Shown: in pieces, positions 35,782-51,830 of the stretch
Numbering within the stretch: position 1 is the first letter of the stretch
How the letters are laid out: every line of letters starts with the position of its first letter
Sequence record: OP595146.1
Strand: one strand, 5' to 3'
Length of the DNA: 64,000 nucleotides
Source: Escherichia phage vB_EcoM_DE17
Notes under the pieces: generated by a model
The model's database searches: none
The model's input: only the letters and a program-made list of their open reading frames with translations
What the model was told of the DNA's origin: nothing
Made by a program: the position numbers and the translations under genes

Positions 35782-38139
35782 TTAAGCAGTTCTTACCCAA
35801 GCCATTAACTTGTAGAACTGGTTTGTAACACTAAATGCTGAACCAGAACCAGTACCACCTGTGTTACCGCTAACTGTGTGGCTGTGAGCACCAATACCAA
35901 CAGTGTGGCTGTGGTTACCTGTTGTATTCGTTACACCAGACCAAGTTCTTGACGCATTAAAGTTAGCAGGGATACCATAAGTGAAGTTAGAGCCAGTAAA
36001 ACCCTTAGAAGCAGTTGAGCTACCAAGTGTAAATGCACCACTTGCTGTGTAGAAGCTGCTAGAGTCACTTCTAAAGTAACCTACTGTACCAGTAATCTCC
36101 ATAGTACCTCTGTTATGGTTATGGTTACCAGTTGTGCTAGAAGTCTTAGTGCCATAATCAAATGATGAAGTGGTAGCAGAGAAGCTATGCGTGTGTGAAG
36201 GTAAGTTGCCAACAGATAACGTTACAGAGTCTGAACCACCAGTTGTAGCAACATCTGAGCCATTTGCTGCTGCAATTCGGATAGTTCTACCAACACCATT
36301 GTTCAGGTACGTCCAAGTTAGACCAGGAAGTGCTGTATTAGGGTTAACATTGCTGTTAAACCATGTCACAATACCCACTGGGTAGATTTTATTCAGGTCT
36401 GTAGAGTCACTTACTGCTTCTGCAATTCTCTGGTCAGTTTCAGCTTTAGTATATGCACCAATTTCTGAAGGGGTTGGTTTCTGAGCTTCAGTGTAAACCT
36501 TAGACCATTCAGCCTCAAAACCAGACCTATCTCTGGCTGTTCTATACCACATCCCACCATTTCTATAATCAAACCTTAATTGCGCAGTTGGTGTTGATGC
36601 TAACATATTAGCGAATAGGTGTAAGACTAAACGGCTTGAACCACCACCCTTGATAGTCTCTACATAAATTCCTGAAGGTTGGTTCCAAGCCACACCACCA
36701 TCAGACTCCTCCACCAAAGCTCTGGCTGATGACCATAAGTACTTTGCATCGGTTGCAGATTTAACGTAGTATCTAGCATCTAAGTTAGAGAAATCCGAAG
36801 GTTGAACTTGACCCGTGATTGCTAAAGTTGCATTCATTTCAAATACTGAACCAATGCTAAGCCCTTTACCTGTCTTGTAGTTAAACACATTTAAGATATC
36901 ACTGGCATCACCATTACCAATATACCACTTGCTGGTTCCATCAACAGCCTTTCCCCTAATGAATAAGGACGTTGCAGTTTTTGCTCGTAACGCGAGAGCT
37001 TCTCCATCAGAGTTGATAACCTGTTGTGCAGAGAATGTATTAGCAGCATTAGTTCTTGCAATCGTACTTAATGTTGCTGCCGGAATATATCTAGAGTCAA
37101 TATTAGCCCAATCTGAAGGTTGGACTTGTCCAGTGATTTGCACAGTCTTATTGATACCAATAGTAGTACCTAGTGAAATCTGTGAACCTGTAAGGTAGTT
37201 ATAAATGTTTAGACGTGTCTCGTCAGAATCTGTACCAACATACCATTTATTTGTTCCATCAGACTTCTTACCGAGAATGTAAAGTGCTGTACTTGCATCA
37301 GTATTCTGTAAAGTAATAGCATTAGCATTCTTCTTAGCAACAAGGTTAGTGAAAGTGTTAGCACCTGTAAAAGTATTATTGCCAGCTAACTGTGCAAATC
37401 TCTGATTAGCAACTGTCTGAGTAAAGTATCTGGCATCTAAGTTAGAGAAATCTGAAGGTTGAACTTGACCAGTGATTCTAAGTGACTTGTTAAATGCTGC
37501 TGTTGCATCAAGGGTTAACATTGCACCAGTAGCATGATTGTACAAATAAACATTAGTACTATTTGCATTTCCCTGTCCAACATACCAAGTTTGCTGGTTA
37601 TTAGCATCTCTACCTTGAATATATGAAGCACCTGCATTGGTTGCCTTCTTAAGAGTTAACTGCTCACCATCAGTTACAATTGCTTGCCTGATACTGAAGT
37701 TATTTGTAACAGCAATCCTTGCATATCTTGCATCATTCTCTTCATTAGTTCTCATACCAAGCTCATTAGGGCTTGGTTTATTCAAAGTATGATAAACAGT
37801 TGCCGACCTTGTGGCATCTGCAATAGTGAGTTTAAGCCCATTTGAGTTAATTTTAAAAGTCTTTAAAATATCCCCAATAGTAATCTCAGAAGAGCCTGTT
37901 GGGTCAAATACTGCCTTACCACCGTAAAGTAACTTGACAATACCTAAATCCCCAACCATAGTACTCCCAGCAATCTGAACAAACCTTTCTAGTTTGAAGG
38001 AAGCTAAGAAGTCTTGATAGGTCATTCTACGGTCTTCGTCACCCAACATTTCAGGTCTTTTCTTAACTCTGATGTGCAATAGGTCTTCTGAACGAATTGT
38101 GTCGATTGAGTTTAATTGACTCAATTTGTAATCTGCCAT
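35782..38139 (-). CDS. tail fibre protein with three internal ~110-aa repeats and a collar/HxH C-terminal domain
   Basis: 785 aa. ITGQVQPSD(F/W)(S/A)N(L/I)D(A/S)RY occurs three times. C-terminus has GNLPSHTHSFS, GNHNHN, GNHSHTVGIGAHSHTV and ends WVRTA. Confidence 0.8.
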   Translation of the reverse strand: MADYKLSQLNSIDTIRSEDLLHIRVKKRPEMLGDEDRRMTYQDFLASFKLERFVQIAGSTMVGDLGIVKLLYGGKAVFDPTGSSEITIGDILKTFKINSNGLKLTIADATRSATVYHTLNKPSPNELGMRTNEENDARYARIAVTNNFSIRQAIVTDGEQLTLKKATNAGASYIQGRDANNQQTWYVGQGNANSTNVYLYNHATGAMLTLDATAAFNKSLRITGQVQPSDFSNLDARYFTQTVANQRFAQLAGNNTFTGANTFTNLVAKKNANAITLQNTDASTALYILGKKSDGTNKWYVGTDSDETRLNIYNYLTGSQISLGTTIGINKTVQITGQVQPSDWANIDSRYIPAATLSTIARTNAANTFSAQQVINSDGEALALRAKTATSLFIRGKAVDGTSKWYIGNGDASDILNVFNYKTGKGLSIGSVFEMNATLAITGQVQPSDFSNLDARYYVKSATDAKYLWSSARALVEESDGGVAWNQPSGIYVETIKGGGSSRLVLHLFANMLASTPTAQLRFDYRNGGMWYRTARDRSGFEAEWSKVYTEAQKPTPSEIGAYTKAETDQRIAEAVSDSTDLNKIYPVGIVTWFNSNVNPNTALPGLTWTYLNNGVGRTIRIAAANGSDVATTGGSDSVTLSVGNLPSHTHSFSATTSSFDYGTKTSSTTGNHNHNRGTMEITGTVGYFRSDSSSFYTASGAFTLGSSTASKGFTGSNFTYGIPANFNASRTWSGVTNTTGNHSHTVGIGAHSHTVSGNTGGTGSGSAFSVTNQFYKLMAWVRTA
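36770..37760 (-). repeat. three tandem ~330-nt coding repeats inside the tail fibre gene (approximate bounds)
   Basis: Near-identical nt blocks gttagagaaatc(c/t)gaaggttgaacttgacc(c/a)gtgat at 36784-36819 and 37441-37476, plus a diverged copy at 37111-37137. Confidence 0.7.
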
Positions 38140-38154
38140 TATAAATTTTCCTCT

Positions 38155-38177
38155 TAAAAGGGGCTACAAAGCCCCTG
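38155..38177 (-). terminator. hairpin/terminator between the two tail fibre genes
   Basis: Minus strand: AGGGGC-TTTGTA-GCCCCTTTTAAG. Confidence 0.5.
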
Positions 38178-38185
38178 TAAAGAAA

Positions 38186-39361
38186 TTAAGCTGTTCTCTG
38201 CCACACATATACTACAAAAGATGGCTGCTCAACACTGAAAGCTTGACCACCACCAACAGAACCAGATGTCCCTGAGTGTGTATGCTCAGAGCTAGAAACA
38301 GTAACAGTGCCCGTATGACTGTGTGAACCAATATTGACAGTGTGGCTGTGAGCACCAATTGCAACAGTATGACTATGAGCACCAGATGATGCAGTTGTAC
38401 CTGAGAAGCTATGGGTGTGAGCACCAGCTAAGTCAGTATATGAAGCATTACCAACCCCAGCATCAGCAGATGCGGTAATAGCATTTGACCCACTTCTATC
38501 ATTACCCCTCAGAGGTACTCTATGGTTGTGGTTACCAGCATTACTTGTCGTTCCACTAAATGTGTGGGTGTGAGCACCAGCACTGTTAGTTGCCTTCGTA
38601 CCGTAGTCAAAAGTTGATGTACTCTTTGAACCATAATCAAAACTAGAGATAGATACACTTGCAGAGTGTGTATGACCACCCCCTGTTAGATAGATAGAGT
38701 GAGTATGTGCTGGTAAATTGTTATTTGTCAATACTACAGTCTGAGAACCAAAAGTTGAACCAACAGGTCTAGAATCTGTATCATAACCAACCAGTGCTCT
38801 ACCTTTAGAAACTAACTCCCAAGTACCTCCACAAAGCAAGTAAGTGGATGGGTTGGCAGAGTTAACAGATAGGTGAATAGTCCCTACTGGATATGATGCT
38901 TGAATAGCTTTGTATAAATTATTCACTGCTCTCGCGGTAGCGTACTTATCAGCATCTTCATTGTACAGATTAGATGTTGTCCAGTTCTGAACATTACTTA
39001 AACCTACCTGTGCTTTCGTTGTATTGTGTGGGTTACTTTTGTCGTCAATATGTTGCTGAATTGAGTTATTCACTTCTTCTGACGACATAATTTGTAGATT
39101 TGCTCTTGCCTCAGCAACATTCACAATGTCTGACAAGTTATTGGCTGCAACTAATTGGAGAGAGTTAATAACATTATCAAGACCCACTTGTGATTTAGTT
39201 ACACCATGAGGATTATTCCTCAGAGATGCGTGAGGTGCTAACAACTGTTCAAGCGTACATCTTTTATCCTCAACACCTTGCTTAAGGTGGAAGATATCAC
39301 TTAAATCAACTGGTAAGGCCGCTTGTGGCAAGGCACTAATTTGAATTTCACCTACTGCCAT
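38186..39361 (-). CDS. tail fibre protein with multiple GxHxH repeats
   Basis: 391 aa. NNLPAHTHS, GGHTHS, GAHTHTFSGTT, GNHNHRV, GAHSHTVAIGAHSHTVNIGSHSHTG. C-terminus WQRTA parallels the neighbouring fibre. Confidence 0.8.
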   Translation of the reverse strand: MAVGEIQISALPQAALPVDLSDIFHLKQGVEDKRCTLEQLLAPHASLRNNPHGVTKSQVGLDNVINSLQLVAANNLSDIVNVAEARANLQIMSSEEVNNSIQQHIDDKSNPHNTTKAQVGLSNVQNWTTSNLYNEDADKYATARAVNNLYKAIQASYPVGTIHLSVNSANPSTYLLCGGTWELVSKGRALVGYDTDSRPVGSTFGSQTVVLTNNNLPAHTHSIYLTGGGHTHSASVSISSFDYGSKSTSTFDYGTKATNSAGAHTHTFSGTTSNAGNHNHRVPLRGNDRSGSNAITASADAGVGNASYTDLAGAHTHSFSGTTASSGAHSHTVAIGAHSHTVNIGSHSHTGTVTVSSSEHTHSGTSGSVGGGQAFSVEQPSFVVYVWQRTA

Positions 39362-39363
39362 TA

Positions 39364-39666
39364 TTAAGCTCCTACATATTCATATGTGTAAAGGTTTCCT
39401 GTACTTGTTGATGCAGTCCCTGTCTCAGATTTAATCAGATTCCAGCCATTAGCCACTAAATCTGGTTGCTCAGTTGCATATGAGCGAACTTCACCAACAG
39501 TGCCGTTTACTTTATTAAGCAGGTAGTTGATAATATAGTTGAACCACTGCCTACCCATAGGTTCACCCTTTAAAAGACCTGTCTCTTGAACTTCCGGTGG
39601 TGGTAAAACTTTTAACTGGTTACCATCAGTATCTACTTCATTTGTAGACCAATTTAAAACTGCCAT
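39364..39666 (-). CDS. short tail fibre/baseplate-attachment protein
   Basis: 100 aa. [16 protein letters not shown] resembles the conserved N-terminal motif of tail fibre proteins. Confidence 0.5.
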   Translation of the reverse strand: MAVLNWSTNEVDTDGNQLKVLPPPEVQETGLLKGEPMGRQWFNYIINYLLNKVNGTVGEVRSYATEQPDLVANGWNLIKSETGTASTSTGNLYTYEYVGA

Positions 39667-40520
39667 TAAGAATTTCCTTCTTGTTGTGATTTATCTTTTC
39701 TGCCTTTGACAATTTGTGCAACCTCAGCCATGATTCCATATGCACCACCTGCAATAGCTTCTTTACCAACGATGAAATAGCCACTATTATTGGACCTATC
39801 TACAGTCATATAATCATCACTCTGTGAGTTTGCTGTTCTGTCAACCCTAAAGTAACCATCAATAACACCAGCATCTGCAAGACTACCTACTAAGTTGGAT
39901 TCCAGAGAGCCACCAGTGTTATTTGTGACAAGACCTCTGTTAGCATCAGTTACAAACCAGTTCTCTTTATCATCAACAATAGCAAGTGATGAATCAGCAA
40001 CCTCTACAGGAGTCCAAGCAGTTCCATTTAAAGTAACATCTCTTAAGATGACAGCGGAGCCAGTAGTTGTTGCAGAAATCTTTGACAATGTATATGCAGC
40101 ATCTAGAACGCTTTTTCTAGTGTTGATACGGATAACGATACCACCAGTCTTAGGAGTAATATGCTCAAAAATCTGAGAGAAAGTTGCACCATATAGCGTC
40201 ATAATTGCTTTTTGCAAGAATGTTGGGGTGGTGTCAGAGCGTCTTAGGAAGATTTGGATATAAAGCATAGCCCTATATGTTTCATCATCTGCACCTAAAG
40301 GTCTAGGAACTTTAATCAGTGAGCCAATGTTATCAAGTTGTTGGCCTACTGACGTCCTGATATTTCTCTCTGTGTGCATCTGCCAGCAAACATCCTCTAG
40401 AGTTTGTAATTCATCAGTGATTGCTTTCAAGATACTTGTATAGATAAATTTATCTTTAAACTGTGTTACAGTCCTTTCATCAAGTGTTTTGTAATAAACA
40501 CTATCAATCTTTTCAAACAT
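39666..40520 (-). CDS. baseplate protein (P2 gpI / Mu gp48-position)
   Basis: 284 aa, immediately after the baseplate J-like gene; assigned by synteny. Confidence 0.55.
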   Translation of the reverse strand: MFEKIDSVYYKTLDERTVTQFKDKFIYTSILKAITDELQTLEDVCWQMHTERNIRTSVGQQLDNIGSLIKVPRPLGADDETYRAMLYIQIFLRRSDTTPTFLQKAIMTLYGATFSQIFEHITPKTGGIVIRINTRKSVLDAAYTLSKISATTTGSAVILRDVTLNGTAWTPVEVADSSLAIVDDKENWFVTDANRGLVTNNTGGSLESNLVGSLADAGVIDGYFRVDRTANSQSDDYMTVDRSNNSGYFIVGKEAIAGGAYGIMAEVAQIVKGRKDKSQQEGNS

Positions 40521-40522
40521 TA

Positions 40523-41991
40523 TTACTCCTTAGTGATGGTATACTGGCTGCTTTCCCAAACAGTATATTGGTCACCGTCAACAGTAATTCTTGCTGTAGT
40601 ATACTGCCCGTCACTAGGTGGGACTGATTGACTGTTTGATAAGGCTACTTTAACCTCATTAATCTCAATACCTTTAATTACGTCATAGATATATCCATAG
40701 ATTCTGTTAGGGATAACATCATTACCAACCTTAAGAGTTCTCCCATAAGCATTAATACCTTGTACAATGCTGTCTCTGATATCCTCTTCAGGGATTGTCA
40801 AGCTTTCTTCATCATATAAAGAGTAAGAGACTTTAACAAATGCGTATTTTGGTGTTGGTCTGCTAAAATAAATATTATGTGCCAAACCACCTAAATCATG
40901 GGCTGTACCAAAAATTGAGCCATAAGCCCTAATACCAGCAGGTTTTGTATCCCAGATTGCTTGAGCAACATTATCATTTTGACCACCAACTACAACAATC
41001 TTAAAAGATTTTGGTGGAAGACCTTCTGAGCTTGTCTCTTCAGTATCATTCTCAACACCTGAAGCATCTGAGACACCTTGAACTCTTTTAACAGCAGCTA
41101 CAATTGCATCCAAAGTCCCTACACCAGTAACTGCTAAAGATTCTAAATATCTCTGTCTAAGTTCTGTGTCAGTTTCTTCGTTTCTACCAGTTGTTAAGTC
41201 ATACCTGTTATAAATACTGTCAAGACCATCAACAGTTGTCTCAATCTCAATAAGCGTACCAGCCAAAGCAGGGGTAGCACCAACCTCTTCAGCTACTACA
41301 TCTGAAATAGTTGTAATTTTTGTAAAGGTCAGAAATGTTGTTGCAGTGACAACCATAGGGTTTGTTCTTGCAATGATATCACCCTCTTCTTTATAGACTC
41401 TTAGTGAGGCTCCATCATTAATGACTTCTGCTTTTGCTACAATACCACCATTAATAGCTTCTGCTAATTTTGTTAGAAGCGTGGTGATTGTGTCTGATGA
41501 GGTTGGTTTATATGAGAAAATGACGTTATCAATAATAATAACATAATCTGCATCAGTTCGTAAAGAGTTAACTTCAAGGATAGCTTCAACACAATATGAT
41601 GGAGTAAGGGTAATATTATTAACTGGATAAAAGATGTTTCCGGCAGTACTTCTTAATCTTGTTGTTGAAGGAATGGTAGCACCAGTCGTTCCAGTAAACT
41701 CAACTTGACCTCTTGTTGCCTGAGCAACATATCTGTATACCGCATTTAAAGCTGTAATATCATCAAGGTTAAAGCCTTCAGCCTTATCAATTGTACCCCC
41801 ATCGTAGATTTCTGATAGAATCTCATGAGTATCTGCTAAAGACCTTGCAATTGAAGCTAGGAAGAGTCCTAATTGGCTATCTTCAGAAACGTCAAGGTTG
41901 GGTGAAATATCTCTAAGAAGTCTTGATTTGATATTATCAAAAATCTCCTGATATCTTAGAGTTTGTAATCCTGTTGTAGTTAATCCTGCCA

Positions 41992-41992
<1 letters not shown>
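40523..41992 (-). CDS. baseplate J-like wedge protein
   Basis: 489 aa. Position after the gp25-like gene and size fit the Baseplate_J family. Confidence 0.65.
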
Positions 41993-47376
<5,384 letters not shown>

Positions 47377-47377
<1 letters not shown>

Positions 47378-47616
47378 TACATTTTTCCTGCTCTTCTAAG
47401 TTCGTTGTAAGCAATTTCCTCTTTATACGACCTCTGAATCTCAAGAAATTGTCTCAATGATAATAAATCAGAGAATGTCATAGCAAAGAGTTGGTCAAGT
47501 GTTTCTTTACACCCTTCCATACCATAAATAGCAAGCACAAATTTCATCTCGTCTGCTTCTTCATAGGTTGCCTCTACAGCAGCATCAGTCAGTGGTGTCT
47601 GTAGAGTGTTACCCAT
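47377..47616 (-). CDS. tail assembly chaperone, downstream (T-like) segment reached by -1 frameshift
   Basis: 79-aa ORF. Its frame stays open upstream across the stop of 47619..48017 and is the -1 frame relative to it. Confidence 0.6.
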
Positions 47617-47618
47617 GT

Positions 47619-48017
47619 TTACTGAGAAGTTAGGCTTTTGAAAATGCTTGCTTCGAAAAAACTTCCGAAGTTTGCCTCCAGCGCAAATGCTAAGTAATCA
47701 ATAAATTCACCATAGTTTGCTTGGAAGTATGTATCAATATTAAGTGGGAAGTCATCAACAGTTGCCCCTTGAAATAACAGGGTAGCCATTTCTTCAAGGT
47801 TAATTTCTTCAATTCTGTCAAAACAAGCTTCAACAAGTTCTTTAAATGGAACCATTGGAGCTTCTTTCTTATCTTTATCAGTCAGGCTTGACAGCATCTG
47901 TGCAAATGTTGGAACAACAATTTTACCCAACTTCATAGACATCTTAATACCATCTCTTGCCCCAAGCAGAACGATATTTACTTTCTTACCATTAATTACT
48001 CTAGATTCTGTTTTCAT
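47619..48017 (-). CDS. tail assembly chaperone (gpG-like)
   Basis: 132 aa between the tube and tape measure genes. Contains the slippery heptamer T TTT TTC near its 3' end. Confidence 0.65.
   Translation of the reverse strand: MKTESRVINGKKVNIVLLGARDGIKMSMKLGKIVVPTFAQMLSSLTDKDKKEAPMVPFKELVEACFDRIEEINLEEMATLLFQGATVDDFPLNIDTYFQANYGEFIDYLAFALEANFGSFFEASIFKSLTSQ
47655..47661 (-). promoter_or_regulatory. -1 programmed ribosomal frameshift slippery site (U UUU UUC)
   Basis: In-frame codons AGT TTT TTC (47663-47655). After a -1 slip the reading ...FF RSKHFQKPNFSVN MGNTL... runs without stops into 47377..47616. Confidence 0.6.
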
Positions 48018-48043
48018 TGTGATTCCTTAATACTTTTAAAAGA

Positions 48044-48080
48044 AACAAAAAAGGGGAAGACCTTTTAAAGTCTCCCCCTT
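48044..48080 (-). terminator. rho-independent terminator after the tail tube gene
   Basis: Minus strand: AAGGGGGAGAC-TTTAAAAG-GTCTTCCCCTTTTTTG. Confidence 0.8.
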
Positions 48081-48090
48081 ATAGGATTTA

Positions 48091-48537
48091 TTAAACACTT
48101 GACGCTGGAATTGTAGAAGTGTAGTCTAGCTTCTCACAACCAAAAATCCAAGTTTTAGAGTTCTGGTCACGACCAAGTTCAATCTGTGGTAATTCCTGCA
48201 ACCAAGCATTAATACCAGTTGCCAGAACAGAGCCTGATGGGTCGTAGATTACGAAGTTAGAAGAGATATCTTCTTCAAGTTCCATATTGTCTTGTTTAGC
48301 TTGAATTGCAGAAAGCATCTGATTAGAGAGAGAAGTCTGCATTAGCTCAATCTCAATAGTACCTGTCTTGTCTGCATTTCTTGTCAGAGCAACCTGACCA
48401 CCTGCACCTACAACTGGTGTCACAAGTGGTGATGTTCTCTGTAGACGTAAGAATGAGTCTGGGGCAAAGCCTTCAATGGCAATACCATTCCAGCTACACA
48501 CAACGTCTTTAGGGGAATATTGCTGATACATAGCCAT
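48091..48537 (-). CDS. tail tube protein
   Basis: 148 aa, immediately downstream of the sheath gene. Confidence 0.7.
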   Translation of the reverse strand: MAMYQQYSPKDVVCSWNGIAIEGFAPDSFLRLQRTSPLVTPVVGAGGQVALTRNADKTGTIEIELMQTSLSNQMLSAIQAKQDNMELEEDISSNFVIYDPSGSVLATGINAWLQELPQIELGRDQNSKTWIFGCEKLDYTSTIPASSV

Positions 48538-48552
48538 TCCAATTTACCTCTA

Positions 48553-49905
48553 TTATTCGTAAGCCACTGTACCTTTCAAGTCAACATCCAAGATAGCCCC
48601 TGCCAAGATACCTGCGAAGGTAACATCTTTCAGGATACGAGCTTTCTTGTCTGCCAAAGCAACTTGAGAGGCTTTAGGAACATTAACTGTGTAAGATGAC
48701 AGGAAGTTTCTGTTGACTGCTCTTTGCAGAGAGGTTTCAATGACTTGACGAATACGGGTAATACCAGTATCATCATAAGTAATCTTACCACCCTTCTGGT
48801 TAATTAGCAAGTCTCTCAGAGAAGTTTTCAGGTCTGATTCTAACCAGTCAACACCACGGATGATATCAATCCATTCCCCACCAGAAGTAATCCCTCTACG
48901 AACCACTGGAACACCACCATCAAGGTCAATAAAGTTACAGTGACGTGCATCTAAAGCTGACTTCTGAATACTTGTCAGAGGTCTCTGATTAGATGGCTGT
49001 AGAGAAGCAGCTACACCAGTTAACTGTGCGTTACCCCAAGCAATTGAACCTGCATCATACGGAGCACCATAAGCAATATAAGCCATTTCTGGATAGTCTT
49101 CTGCTGCTGTGTGATGCCACAAGCAAACTGTACGAGTGTACTGATTCTTAGCAAGCTGTGCTGGAACATCATTTGCACTCGCTAATTCTGTACCTTGCAG
49201 TGCTGCTACATCGGAGTTAGCTGTAAAGAAAATCTTCTTACGAGCTTGAATCTCAGAAGCCATTGCTAAGACAAACTGTTGAGTTCTGTCTTCTGCTGCA
49301 ATGAAATACCAGTCAGTTGAATACGCTTCAATAGCTGCCAGAGCAGTCGATGCTGTGTCAGCAGTTGTGCTTGCAATTGACACTGTTTGTGCTGTAGTAG
49401 TAACCTTCACGAAGTCGTTGACACCAGCTTTGGTGATTACCATTGTTGCTGAACCGCCAGCACCAGTTACATTGACAGTAACAAGGTCTTTTACAGAAGG
49501 TTCTGCTTCAATCTGAGTTTTAAGCTGCTGTAGCACCTTCTCAGCAGTATCTTCTGACTGTGAAGTGTACTGGAATGGCTGAGAAACTCCACCGCTCACA
49601 GCTACAGTTAAAGAATAGTCGGTGCTCTCAGTAACCTCATCAGGAATTGATACAGTGTACTGCATAGCACGTCTACCAATATAAAGCTGAGTTACTTTAG
49701 GAGTCTGACTCCAAAGTTGTTTAGCAGCCTTATATGCAGCAGAATTTTCATCGAAATCTTCAGCAACTTCAGTTAAGGAAGTGTAACCACGGACTCTTTC
49801 TTCAAAGTTATCTGTTGAAGCTAAAAATAGTGGCAGCCCAAAACCTTCTCTTGTAGTTCCTGCGGTGTTCAATGTAATATCTACATTAACAATTGGATTC
49901 CACAT
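48553..49905 (-). CDS. contractile tail sheath protein
   Basis: 450 aa; synteny sheath-tube-chaperones-tape measure. Confidence 0.75.
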   Translation of the reverse strand: MWNPIVNVDITLNTAGTTREGFGLPLFLASTDNFEERVRGYTSLTEVAEDFDENSAAYKAAKQLWSQTPKVTQLYIGRRAMQYTVSIPDEVTESTDYSLTVAVSGGVSQPFQYTSQSEDTAEKVLQQLKTQIEAEPSVKDLVTVNVTGAGGSATMVITKAGVNDFVKVTTTAQTVSIASTTADTASTALAAIEAYSTDWYFIAAEDRTQQFVLAMASEIQARKKIFFTANSDVAALQGTELASANDVPAQLAKNQYTRTVCLWHHTAAEDYPEMAYIAYGAPYDAGSIAWGNAQLTGVAASLQPSNQRPLTSIQKSALDARHCNFIDLDGGVPVVRRGITSGGEWIDIIRGVDWLESDLKTSLRDLLINQKGGKITYDDTGITRIRQVIETSLQRAVNRNFLSSYTVNVPKASQVALADKKARILKDVTFAGILAGAILDVDLKGTVAYE

Positions 49906-50505
49906 TTATTTTACCCCTTTGGAGTCTACATCTAGATGGATAGTATATTCTGGTGGCTCTTGTCCTTCTTCGTAAACTAATTCACCATCAACAATGACAC
50001 GCTCAATAATACTTCCACGTTCATCTTTCAGGACTGAATTTTTTACAAGAGTTACAACAAGAGGTGCAGAATTTTCGAAATCTGTATTAAGATAAGTGTA
50101 GTCATTTGGGATAGCTCCAGTGTCTAAAACTGTAGCTCCTGTCTCTTCAAGAATTAAATCTCTGACTGAACTCATCTCTAATCGTTGTTTAAGCTCAAGC
50201 ATAATACTGTGAGCACCTTTACCATTTACCGTAATTAATACTGGAATCTGAAAAGCAATTCTGTAGCAAACTACATCATCCTCAACAAACTTATCAAGAA
50301 CCCAACCATAAGGTGTTGCAGCATCTTGACAATATACGGTAATAAATGGCTGGTCAGGTTTTAAACCTTTGTCATTTGAGTTATCAGAAGGGTAAGCTCT
50401 AATTACATTTGGTCTATTATTTTTATCACGAGCTAGTCTGTGACCAATAACATCCACTAAGGTTCTAACTAGACCTTTTTCAAGTTCTGCTGTTTCTAAC
50501 TGCAT
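49906..50505 (-). CDS. tail/neck structural protein
   Basis: 199 aa, between the connector genes and the sheath. Confidence 0.45.
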   Translation of the reverse strand: MQLETAELEKGLVRTLVDVIGHRLARDKNNRPNVIRAYPSDNSNDKGLKPDQPFITVYCQDAATPYGWVLDKFVEDDVVCYRIAFQIPVLITVNGKGAHSIMLELKQRLEMSSVRDLILEETGATVLDTGAIPNDYTYLNTDFENSAPLVVTLVKNSVLKDERGSIIERVIVDGELVYEEGQEPPEYTIHLDVDSKGVK

Positions 50506-50881
50506 TCATTTTATCCCTTCTAATAATGATATATTCATAATGGGATGTATGGGCTAATTGCTGTGACCAATCCATAGTCATAAATACTTCATACTCATGA
50601 CCATCAATCATAACAATGTCAGACTCATTCCACTCTACATCATCTGAAGTTCTAAGTTTATATGTGGTATACAGGATTCTTGTATCGGTAAGTCTGATAC
50701 CTTCCGGTAAAGCAATCTGTGTACCATTCTTTACAGAACCTTTGATATATGGCTGGATATTACCTTTACAGTTAACCTCTACAATATCTTGTGAAGCTAC
50801 CCAATCACCATCATCATTGTAATAACCATCTTCAGAGGCTTTGCGCTTTACTACAAAGCTGTGTCTGTTTAAGAGTCTCAT
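50480..50881 (-). CDS. head-tail joining protein
   Basis: 133-aa ORF in the connector block. Confidence 0.45.
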   Translation of the reverse strand: MRLLNRHSFVVKRKASEDGYYNDDGDWVASQDIVEVNCKGNIQPYIKGSVKNGTQIALPEGIRLTDTRILYTTYKLRTSDDVEWNESDIVMIDGHEYEVFMTMDWSQQLAHTSHYEYIIIRRDKMNAVRNSRT

Positions 50882-51360
50882 TTTTTAATACCCTTCTTAG
50901 TAGAAATTTTATAAGCAAGGTTATCCCTTAAGTCACCTGTCTCAACAAGAGGTGCATTAAAGCCTTTTTTCTTGACTGTGGAAGGTGCGTTAGGAGGGAG
51001 GATAGCAGAATTACCAAAACCTCTTTTAATTGCCTTTTGAGCATTCTTTGCAAATGCTTCTAAGGTATTTGAAGGGTCTGTGTTGAGACTGCTAAGTTGC
51101 TTATATAGATTCTTCTTAGTCTGCTCTAACAAGGTCTGTTTGTTTAGCATCATAGTGATTTCAAACAACCTACGATATACTTTACCAGAAGCTGAGGGAA
51201 CCCCAATAACTTCTTGCAAATACATTAAAGCAGGATAAGAAAAACCAGAGCTATGTTGACCTTGTTCTTGAAAATACCCAACTTGAGCATTAGCCGTTTG
51301 CAAGTTCTTCATAGCCCCGACTAATTTTGCTCTAGCGGGGTGAATAACCCTTTTAACCAT
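50878..51360 (-). CDS. neck/tail-completion protein (HK97 gp10 / Mu gpG-like)
   Basis: C-terminal APLVETGDLRDNL resembles the conserved (V/L)xTGxLRxS motif of this family. Confidence 0.5.
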   Translation of the reverse strand: MVKRVIHPARAKLVGAMKNLQTANAQVGYFQEQGQHSSGFSYPALMYLQEVIGVPSASGKVYRRLFEITMMLNKQTLLEQTKKNLYKQLSSLNTDPSNTLEAFAKNAQKAIKRGFGNSAILPPNAPSTVKKKGFNAPLVETGDLRDNLAYKISTKKGIKK

Positions 51361-51809
51361 TATTCATCTCGCTCGATAATAAATACGCCATTAACACGGT
51401 TGCAGTAATCTCTGCCTTCGTATCTGGCAGCATCACCATATTCTGTGTATTTCTTGACAGAGCAAGGATTCTGACGACGCATATCAATATCGCACTGGTT
51501 AATACCACCTGCATAGGGTAGTCCTGAAACAGAGCTTTTAACAAGGTCATCATAAACAGCTTTCAGAGATTTGAATCTGGAAGAGTTACGTAAATAAACA
51601 CCACCAACCTTCTCATCTCCCATCTTGGCTACTTGAAAGAGTAAATATTTAAGAGCTTTGATGGCTGCTTTCTTTTCATCCTTTCCAGATTCTAGATAGA
51701 ACCACTCTAGCACAGACTGTTCAATAAGAATTTCATCATTATTGGTGTCTGTGCAGAGGATTCTTACTCTATCAAGAGGGTTATTGGCTGGGTCGCCTGT
51801 ATAACACAT
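51360..51809 (-). CDS. head-tail adaptor/head completion protein
   Basis: 149 aa; first gene after the major capsid gene. Confidence 0.45.
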   Translation of the reverse strand: MCYTGDPANNPLDRVRILCTDTNNDEILIEQSVLEWFYLESGKDEKKAAIKALKYLLFQVAKMGDEKVGGVYLRNSSRFKSLKAVYDDLVKSSVSGLPYAGGINQCDIDMRRQNPCSVKKYTEYGDAARYEGRDYCNRVNGVFIIERDE

Positions 51810-51830
51810 TCATAACCCTCCTTAAGAATA

